NCBI GenBank assembly: GCA_051294375.1
Contig: CM119264.1
Coordinates: forward strand, 11,569,832 to 11,633,831
DNA: 64,000 nucleotides
Source of the DNA: Paraspadella gotoi
Taxonomy: Eukaryota; Animalia; Chaetognatha
Direction: 5' to 3'
How positions within the stretch are numbered: the first letter of the stretch is position 1; the number at the start of each line of letters is the position of its first letter. A program made the position numbers and the translations under genes. The notes under the pieces are model-generated. The model ran no database searches and was not told the origin of the DNA. It saw nothing but the letters and a program-made list of their open reading frames with translations. Below, in pieces: positions 53,905 to 64,000 of this stretch.

Positions 53905-55444
53905 GGTTAATTGAATCGTAAACCGGTTTCAGCGACCAAACAGCGGCGGAGGCAGAGGCGACCCAATTCTGGTGAAAAACAAATGGGGAGACTGAGATCT
54001 CTCGCGAGAAATGGATGGAGAGATAAAAGCGAAGAAAGGGAAATGCGAAACAGTTTATTATAACTTGTTTATAATCTTAACTAATACCTAATTTCTCGGT
54101 TTGTTTTGATTCCGCAAACAAGAGGATCGTCGATTTAATTTTCATTGAAGAAGTAGAAGAACAGGAAGGTGAACAATTCTGGGTCAAGACGACGACGACG
54201 ACTCGGCGATGAGGGAGAATCGAGGGTAATTTACCTTCCGAAGAAAAGGTCGACGACAGAAGGGGTCGCGGGGAGGTTGACCCTCTGTCGAAGCGGGCCG
54301 TGGGATCAGTGACACCTTAAAAAGGGTGATCACTGATCAGTTCTGAGGAAGAAAAGCTATGGTCACTATTGGTTGGACCAAGTTCTGGCCAATTTTTCGG
54401 GCCATATACTATGCAAAACCTACGAGCCGAATTTTTAAATTAAAACTTCCATAACAGCATGACATAACTGAAGAATCTTCGAATTGTAAAAAAATGTTTG
54501 AGTTCAAGGGAAAAACCTAGTTTTACGCAACCGAGACTGGTTTTGAATTTCGGGTGTCAAAATTAATGATAATTTTAATCTGAGATTTGATTTTAAAAGA
54601 ATTTTGGAATTTTTTTCGGAATGAAATTATCGGAATCATTATGCTTTTCTTTTTTTTCGATCGCTTGCCTTTCTTGCACTGCGAGTGCGGCTCAAAAAAA
54701 GGCCAATATGGCATCAGAGGTAAGGACTGCAAATTTTATTGGCAGCCTTCTTTGATCTAAATTCTAGATTAATTCCAAAACAAAACTGATTTTTATGTAA
54801 AGCGAATATATTTTGTAATATGCACAATATGCACACTAAGAACAATTTTTTTCTTCGACAATTTTCAGCCCAGCCTCAGTACGTCGACAACCACCGAAAT
54901 AAACCTAACCAAACAAAATCCACAAGCAGCTTCCAGTTTTAACTGAATTCTGTTTTATTTCACGTAATTTTAAGTCTTTTTAATCCGAAAAAAATTTTAC
55001 TGTCGCTCTATCAATAAATGACGTATTTAGTCACTAGAAATACAATCGGATTAATAATTTATTTCGAAAATTTTAAAATTCTCAATTATTAAATAATTGA
55101 TAAAACCCAGTTGAAACGAGCTGCTTAGGGGAGGAAAACAAAACAGCATCGTCGAATCAGACTTTGTTCGGACAATCGGACAATCAGACGTCGCTTTGCG
55201 GAAAAGTCGAAGACAAGCATCGACGAAAGAAAAGATTGGTTCAAAGGTTGGTCAATTAAAGTTCAAACAATTGAACAGTGAACACCCAATACCCTTTACA
55301 GTTCTCACAGCTAATTGATTGTCGGCCTGAAACCTAAACAAAATACGTAGCAATTGAAGCGATACCATGAAAAACAAAACAACACAAAAGGTCTGATCAC
55401 TACCTTTCCCGACCGCCAACATTTCCCCCGCTCTTTTTCCCAAG

Positions 55445-56240
55445 ATTCGCTCCAACCCTCGCCAATTCTGGCCAATTTCCGTGGCTCGTGTCACTTGGAA
55501 GTCTCGAGTTCGACGTCGATCTCGGCGTCATCGCGTGGCGCCATCTTTGTGGCGGCGCAATCATCGGGCCGCGACACGTCTTAACGGCGGGTCATTGCGC
55601 GTCGGAAGTGACGTCGGCGAGGGCGTCTGCGACGGACTTAAATGATGACGACCCTCGCTCACGAATCCTCAACTTGACGACGCGCTACAGACATCCACAG
55701 TTTCGGCGCACGTCGCGCGGCGTCTTCCACGACATCGCAGTCGTAATCGTCAACGCCACCTTCGCCTTCGACGAACTCGTGGCGCCGATTTGTCTCCCGG
55801 CGCTCGACGCCGAATTCGTGGAGAACGAAATGTTCGAGTTCGCCGGTTGGGGGCGCGCGTGGTCCGCTTCGGGATGGGAGAAGAGAGGAGAGGGTTCGGC
55901 TTCCTCCGCCGAGGCTTCATCACTTTATCCGTCCAAACTCCGATGGTCCCGTCTGCCTTTCGTGCCAGAGTCTATCTGTAAAAGATCGATGGCGCGATGG
56001 GGCGTCGGCTGGGGCGCCGTCTTCTGCGCCGGACACACGCGGCGCCGGCCGAGAGACGCGGCCTTGTGCGCCGGCGATTCAGGATCCCCGCTGGCGCGGC
56101 GAAACGAAGCGGGATGCTGGGAGGTGGTGGGCGTGTCAGCGTGGGGTCATCCGGGTTGCGCGCGCCGGCCCGCGGTCTTCGTCGACGTGGCAAAGTACGT
56201 ATTTTGGATCGAGTCGGTCGTCGACCAAAAGACGTCTTGA
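55445..56240 (+). CDS. S1A (chymotrypsin-family) serine protease; catalytic domain in a single terminal exon
   Basis: GQFPWLVSL..HLCGGAIIGPRHVLTAGHC (His), HDIAV (Asp), PICLP, AGWG, CAGDSGSPL (Ser), VVGVSAWG..GC...PAVFVDVAKYVFWI. There is no in-frame ATG upstream. Likely acceptor CTCTTTTTCCCAAG| at 55444; upstream exon(s) not resolved. Confidence 0.93.
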
Positions 56241-58514
56241 TTAAATCGTCACGAAGCTTAAATTCCATTAATTCATCCTTTGATCTGTTCATATCCGTTT
56301 GGCCTTCAAAGTGTATAAAACTCTGCGTACAATGTAATTTAATCGACGTATACATAATGAAATCGTAACGGAAAATATTGCTTAAATGCTAAATCAGTAA
56401 ATGTTCTTTTTTTTTTATCTTAACTGAAGAAGTAAACAAAACATAAAACAAATGTATTTTTTCCTCCTGCTTATCGTTTGCCACTTTTAAAAAAATAAAT
56501 GATAACAGCTGCAACGGGAAACTGCATTTTTGTCTTCTTCTCTTTTTCAATAATTTTTGTAAGAATCTTCATATTAATTTTCTTAGCATCTGCCTTTTCC
56601 ATTTTTTTTTCGCTCCCTCTCTCAGTCCCTCTCCTCTTTCCCTTCTTCCTGTCTTCATCGCTTTTTCTTTCCTTTCTCAGACTTCCGGTTTTTCTCCGCA
56701 ATTATTGGTAATCAATAATCTCGCCAACTGCGAGTAGCTAATCAAGATGGAGTAGGAAAAAAAAAGCGGGATCTTCTCCGGTGCTATTTTGTTTTTCATG
56801 CGCCCAACGAGATAGAAAACTGACAAACTTTTGTCATACCTAGAATTTAGACAAAGCTCTTTGTATATTTATTTATAACCGGATGTTTGAATAAAATATG
56901 GGATTTCTTATGAAATATTATCTTTATTCCCACTAGCGACCAACACGGTACGTCCAGACAAGAAAAAAAAGAGAGTTATATCCGAGGAAGTGGAAAAATG
57001 TGTAATTCGATTTAGCAATGGAAGCGCATGAACAAATGAACAAACAATAAAATCTCAGGTGTGCTGGCGAAGAAACAGCGTCGTATTAAGGGTGGAGGCA
57101 ACTTTTGTTGGCGAAGAGTCGAAGTGTAAGAAAATACGGTAGAGCGAGGTGTGAGGTGCTTAGGCGCTAGACAGGGAGGTGTCCGGTTTAATGAGGAAAA
57201 AAATATCTGAATTGTGATTTTCTAAAGACCCTGAATTGGCGGTGACCATAAACTGCGTAGCACCTTAAAAACTAAACTGCTAGTCACAACCTAATTAAAA
57301 ATATTTTATTTTCGATTTTTAAAAATATAATTATTATCCTTCATCGACGGAGAAAAAATGCAATAAGTGCAATATGCTAACTCAACATAAACACTTCATG
57401 AAGCATAATTGGCACTCCACGCATCAGAAAGAACTGACGCCTTTTTTTATCAATCTCATCTGAAAGCCAAATGGTTTTTATAGGCGCACCTCACCCATTC
57501 TCCCTTGAAACGCCACGCCCAAGTCCCCAGCCTTTCGGCCCGCCCATGCTCGAGTTTTTAGTGGGCGATAAAGGAGGTAAACCGAAACATCGTCCCGCAA
57601 GTTTAATCGCTAAAACTCACACGCTCGTTATACGAAGCATTCGCGGCGAGCCGGTTCTATACGAGAAAAAAAAATAGAGACAATTTAACTGAAACCGCCT
57701 TTTGTCTCTCTTTCTTTTTTAGCAACTGCGGCTGAGCGAAAAAAAAAACTAGACAGGATGTAAAAACAGTTTTTCATTTTCCATAACAATCGAGAAGATG
57801 ACAGACGATGATATGAACATCCCTTGTTGGGAGGTCCGCGGCGCCAGTGGTTCATCGTTGTTCAGGTAAAGCGTTGTTGTTGTTTTTGTGGGACCTGGCT
57901 GTTGTATTATGTATTATGTCTTTCTCGTATCTGATAGTGTTAAGAGTTTTGGCGGTTCACACTCGGCCTTATTAGCGGTTTGCAGTCGGCAATATATGGG
58001 GATAGTAATCGACACTGCTATGGGTCTGCAGTCGGCGTCGACGACGCACACGCGTTCGGTCGGCGGCGCCGCTAACGACCTCGGAACAGGCGCCTGGCAA
58101 ATGATGGTCGGCGTATGGTGAGAATCGACCGAACCGGAAGAATGTCATGAGCCTTGGGCGTGGTGGGAGGGGGAGCAGGTGGTACAGTGGTCGAACTGGT
58201 AAAGGTGGTAGAGAACGGCGATGGAAGAAAATATGGGAAGTTTGATGGCGTTGGAACGCCGTGGCGAGATCGTCTCTAGAGAATATAATGAGAAATTGTA
58301 ATTGCGCATTGAAAAGATTGTTGGTCTTTTAGATAAACAGTCTTTTCAGATGTTTTCAATTTCATCCGGGGCGTGAGGAAGTGCCGAGAGAACGATCTAG
58401 TGGACGGGAGGCAGTAAACGATGGGAACGCCCACACTCGCCGAGGGTTTGTTTTGATTCGAACAAAAAATAATGGTCGAACAAAATGGGGGAGATGAAAA
58501 AGAAAAGGGGTTTG

Positions 58515-58600
<86 letters not shown>

Positions 58601-58919
58601 GCCATAGAATGTCGGTGCTCAAAACGAAGGCGAAAATCCCGAGGTGTCGGAATAAATGGGAATCGAGAAAAAGCTTCGCCCCGCGGACCAAGAAATTGAG
58701 GTTGAGAAAATGGAGTGGAGTATTTGGGGGGAGGGGAGGGGGGAGGAAAGAAGAGCAGGGTCGGAGCGAGGTGAGATGCCCGCAGCAAAGTAAGGAGTGT
58801 CAGTAGGTCAGCAAGGAGGAAGAAAGAGCGGGGAAGGGGATATGTACGAGGAAAGGAGATGGTTCTTTTAAAATCCCCCAAATGTTTTTAGTTTACTGAT
58901 GGTGAGAAAGAAGAAAGTT

Positions 58920-58965
<46 letters not shown>

Positions 58966-59904
58966 GTTTTCTAACTGGGCTTGCGTGCGAGTGTGGTCGA
59001 TGTGCGTTCACAGTTGCGCAGGTGCGACAAATGTTGAGTGGGGCTTTAGTGAGGGAGAGAGAGAGAGTGAGGTTGTGATATAAAGTGATGGGGAGAGGAA
59101 GGAAAGGAAATAGGAAGGCGACGGTCCGATGATTTGGGAAGATAATTTCCAGCCGTCTGTTTTGCGTCGACGACGACGATAACGACATCGACGTCCAAAA
59201 CAGGAAAGTCGCGACAAAATAAATAGAAAATTTTAGAAATCACCGGCAGAACGGCTGCTGCGGCCGTTTTAGTAACACTGTTGTTTTTAGAAACTTTCCT
59301 TCGAATACTCGCAGAATTCTTTCTCACTTTGTGGAATAACGAAGGAGATGAAATTAAATTCGGTGATTGAATTCGCTTTTTAAATTAAGAAACAGAAACA
59401 AACTCATAAAAATAGAAACTTAGAATTTTTTTTTTTTTCAAAACAATTTTCGCGGTGGAATCGTTTCACTTTCCGGTTCTCAATTATCAACGAGATTCAA
59501 GGGCCGGAAATTAGTTCGGATTCAGCGATGATTTTCTGTCTCGACAGATGGCGTCTTTACCGGCGCCGGAGCGGCCTATCGGTTTCCACGGCACGCCCCT
59601 CATTCGGCACCCCTCATTGGCTAGCTCTCCACCCATCGGTCCCTCCAATCGCTCGCCGATTAAAACCCCCCAAAACCCCCTTTCAAAATCCCTCCTGGGG
59701 GCTCCACCTTATCTTCGCTTCCAATTTTAACCATTCATGAAGACGACTAAACCCAATTACGAGAGATAAAACCGCACATTATCCACATCAGGGGCCTCAT
59801 CCGACTTTGAAAAAAAGGGGTGAATGGGGAGAAGGGGTGAATGGCGTTTTGCAGATTGGAGATGGCGGAGAAACAGACTTAGGGATGTGGAGGGAGGGAG
59901 TGGT

Positions 59905-60078
59905 GAGCGGCGGAGCGGCAGAGCAGTGGAGCGGCGGAGCGCCGAAGCGGTGGAGCGGCGGAGCGCCGAAGCGGTGGAGCGGTGGAGCGGCGGAGCGCCG
60001 AAGCGGTGGAGCGGTGGAGCGGCGGAGCGGTGGAGCGGCGGAGCGGTGGAGCGGCGGAGCGGTGGAGCGGCGGAGCGG
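59905..60078. repeat. G-rich 8-bp-based tandem repeat (GGAGCGGC/GGAGCGGT) with interspersed GCCGAAGC variants
   Basis: Read directly from the sequence. Confidence 0.9.
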
Positions 60079-60159
60079 TCCATCCCGAGAAACGAAACTC
60101 TGGTTTTTTTTCCCTCGCCGCCGTGATGGATGGCCTATCGCCCGAATCCCAATCGTCTC

Positions 60160-60193
<34 letters not shown>

Positions 60194-61392
60194 TACGGCA
60201 ACGACCGTGGTGACAGCTTAGATTATTGGCGAACTCGGGACCGCGAAGGAAAGAAAAGGTGAAAGGATAAAGAGGGAGAGAAAGTGTGAAATAGAAAAGG
60301 GGGTCCAGGGATGCGCGCTGACATTTAGCGTACTGAAATTTAAAATGTACTTTTTAAAAAATAAACCTTTATCTTTTTCGATCAATTAATTGACGACATA
60401 TTGGAATAAAGTTGGAGATTTAAGCTCAGTTCAGTTCATTTTATAAGTTCAAATCGAGTTCATTTAACAAACTCTCATTAATTTGACGCTTGAATTCAAA
60501 GAGTTAATAAACGTAGAAGTAACGAGTTTTTTTCCTTTCTTCTTTGTCCTTTCTTCTTTTTCATTTTTTCGTCAGAAACTAGAAATTCTATTGACATTCA
60601 CGAAACGAAATTTCTTTCGTACAAACTGGATTTTATTCGAAAAGACAGCTGTACCTAGTAAATTCTAGAAAATTTCTTTATATATAAATTATAATGGTTT
60701 TAAATATTTCTCTCACTCAAGATTCAACGTCTGCTTCGGAAGTAAAAGCGTTTGAATTCACTGACTGACCTTTGAATCCCTCACTTTTCTCTGGATGAAA
60801 AGAGAGTGAAAGAAAAGGGAAAGGAAGGACGAAAAAGATAGGAAAGAAAAAAAAAGAACAAGATGTTTTTTCTTTCTTTCTTCCATCTTTTCCCTTCTTC
60901 TTCTTTGAGCCGAATACCCACTACTCGGCCACGGAAAGTGTAACATGTCAGGCTTCTTTGCCCTTTTCTTCGCGGCCCTTTCTCTTCCGTCTTTCCATTT
61001 TTGGTGACCACCAATGCGGGGACCCTCTCGCCCACTTGTCCACCTTCGCTTCTATTGTCTAGACCACGCGCGCGACCACCATCTCGTCCACCCACGAGAC
61101 GTCACCTCCTCACTTTTCTCTTGTTTCCCTCCATTTCCAATAACCTCCTCGCGAAGAAAGGGAGTGGATCGCTTTGACTTATGGGACCGGTTCCAGATGT
61201 CAGGAGGTCACCCCTTTCCCCGAAAGAAGACATGATGGCGACGATGCCTTTTCCGGGTTTTCACAAAACGAAGAATGGATGATACTCCTTTTTCTTTATT
61301 TCCTTTTTTTTTTTAAGATAGAAAGAAAAGATGGAGAAAAGGATGGAATTGTCGGTAAAGTGGGTTGGGTGAAAATAAAATAAAGGTCGTCA

Positions 61393-61455
<63 letters not shown>

Positions 61456-62550
61456 AGTTCTCAAAATGGCTTCTTAAGAGCAGAGTCTTCCTTTTTTGCC
61501 AAGAAAAATATTCTGCTTTAAAAAAAAGGATCAAGTGTGATGTTGGGAAATTAATTTGTCATCGCCGTTTTAAAAATAGTCATTAAAGTGTTTGTTTCGA
61601 AATAAATTGCTTGTCAAGCCCAAACACTATGTACATTTATGTTAATAAGACGTCTCTTGACTAAGCGATTTAATTAAATTTTTAAGTGGAGAAGCGAAGA
61701 GGCGGCGACGACGACGACGACGGTGACGACGACAGCGACGACGACGCGTCCATTTATTTTCCGATGTAAGTCGTTAAGGTATTAAGGGCGAAGTAATAAT
61801 TAGACGGAAATGTTCGTGGTTGCATTAAGGTGGCCCGTGGGAATAGGCTAATTAAACAAAGTAAAAAAGATAAAACGGAATCACCGCCTTCTTGAAACGC
61901 CTTACAATTACTACAGAATTAGCTCGGCTAAAAAAAAAGCGACGGATGATGGGAAAACCTTTGAAAAGTCAATCACTAAAGCGTCGCATCAGCAGAAAAA
62001 CATCGGCGCGCGTTCATATTTTATCGTCTCACTAAACAAAGTCTACCAGAGCGAAAGGAATCGATCAGGTTTTGAAAGGAATGAATAAAAAGTCATCGCG
62101 AGAAAAAAAAAAAAAAAACACGCGACGCCTCTCGGTGAAAAAAAAAGTCATCGACCGTCGGAGGAATTCCATCGATCCTCACAATCACGGAGGATCTTCG
62201 GTTCACCGGCGCCGGAAAGAAGCCGGGAGACGGCGTTTCCATCGGCGGGCGGAGAAAAAGACATTCGCCCCCCGCCGAACGCCTCCGTCGACGAAGAGAG
62301 AGAGAGAGAGAAAAAGAAAGGAGAGACTTTAGAGAGACAATGGAAAACAATTTGAGGAAAAACCGTAATGGGCCCATTAAAGGAACCTTTAAAAAGAAAG
62401 GGATATATATGGAAACAACGAGATATTTCTTTTCTTGTTCTTTCGCCGATGCGAATGGAATGTGGGCGGGGGCGAGTGAGGAAGGGAGGAAGAGGGAAGG
62501 GGAAAAGCAGAAGGAGAGGAAAGCAAAGAGTGAGAAACGGGTTAGAGAGC

Positions 62551-62603
<53 letters not shown>

Positions 62604-62667
62604 AAATGCTGATTACTATTTGGGGAATTGCCTTCCTATCGTCGTTGGTTAGCGAATTTAAAGAAAA

Positions 62668-62735
<68 letters not shown>

Positions 62736-63379
62736 TTGTTAACCGAGCGACATTTGAATAATGGATACTTAGAGCGAGTTTAAAAGCTGAAAGCCTTTTC
62801 TTGAACTCCTCTCCCCTTTCTTTTTCACAACCTCACCATTCACAATTCTCCGCCCTTAATCCTTCGCCCCGCTTCCCGCTTTTCACTGCCTTTTCTCACC
62901 TCGAAGTTTCACAAATCACTCGGTGGTTTTATAAAGAGCCAACTCTCTCTTACCCGTCGAGTTCTCGGCTTGCGTCCCGGTTATCGCTCTCCGCTTCTGG
63001 TTCCGCTTCCGCTTCCGGTTCCGCTTCCGCTTTCGCTTTCCCTTCTACTCTTGTTCTCCCTTCGTTGTTTCCGCTCCAGTTTCCGCTCCATCCCTTTCGC
63101 TCCTCTCTGCAAAACTCTATTCTTTTATATGGATATAACTCTGTCACAGCAACAACTCCTCCTCAGCCACTCCAACTCCTCTCCCACCAAAACCACCTCC
63201 GCTCCAGTTCAACCTCCTCCCGCTCCCTCTCCTCCGCCTCTCGCCAGTTTTCACTCGCATCCGTCGCCCGCGCGTGATCGATGTCACTGTGAAAACCTCT
63301 CTCACTTGGTCGCCATGGAAACCGAGAGAAAAATATTACCTGGAAAGGAGCAGGGAGGACTAGAAAACTCACTTTCTAC

Positions 63380-63455
<76 letters not shown>

Positions 63456-64000
63456 CTCTCTCTCGCTCTCTCTTCTCACCATCTCCCATATCGCTCGGCT
63501 TTGGGTTTGAAATCGTCTTCCATTTCACAATCGCCATTTTCTCTCGATTCACTGATCTTTCCGACGACCATTGTTGTCGGAAATCGATGGTGATGAGGAG
63601 CAGGAAGAGGAGGAAGATGTGAATCAGGAGGCGAAAAGAAAAAAAAAAACAAAAAAACAAAAACAATTAAAAAAAAAAAAAAATTCCGACTCGGTTTTCA
63701 TTCGAAAATTTCCTCGAACCTTCGCGCCTCAGATTAACTTAACGACGCAACCGCTGAATCCAAGAAAACGGAGAAAAAAAATGCGGATAAAAAAAAGAGA
63801 AAGAAAAGAAAAGGAGGAAAGGAAAGAAGAAAAGAGGAAATAAAAAAGTACGAGCGGCCCGGAAAAAAAAAGGGAAAAACCCTTTAATTTAAAAAGAAAA
63901 GAACAGCGTCGTAGGGTCGTCCCTTTTTCTCGTTCTAACGGAAATAATGGAAAAGATGGCGACGCTAAAACAAAAGATATTCTTGGGGGGAAAAAAATGA

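Noticed and set aside
57076-57285. hAT-like MITE ends
   Set aside because: Terminal complementarity is limited to about TTAAGG/CCTTAA, and no target-site duplication was found.

Overview
Gene-sparse eukaryotic DNA, most likely from an invertebrate animal. It has GT-AG introns, very dense (AG)n/(CT)n and (GAC)n microsatellites, and several N gaps. Nearly all ORFs in the supplied track are translations of simple repeats or gaps. Three protein genes are supported: (1) a 3-exon minus-strand gene for a small secreted chitin-binding (CBM14/peritrophin-A) plus SRCR protein, 16551-18032; (2) a multi-exon SLC25 mitochondrial carrier, ornithine-carrier-like, 37392-48491 on +, interrupted by an indel-rich ~6.4 kb inverted copy between two gaps that is probably an assembly artefact; (3) an S1 serine protease exon, 55445-56240. 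Mobile DNA includes an internally deleted Tc1-like transposon with TIRs and TA target-site duplication (31355-32202) and a Penelope-type minimal hammerhead remnant (~47990-48045). The most interesting signal is two strongly diverged elements (23580-23797 on +, 37668-37870 on -). Each has a tRNA-like Pol III head followed by a circularly permuted (P5-type) twister-ribozyme-like fold with compensatory changes between the copies, suggesting a ribozyme-carrying SINE-like family. A degenerate hammerhead-like fold (5940-6034) and a long G-U-rich stem with pseudoknot potential (14714-14864) are also present. All structures were folded by eye and no searches were run.
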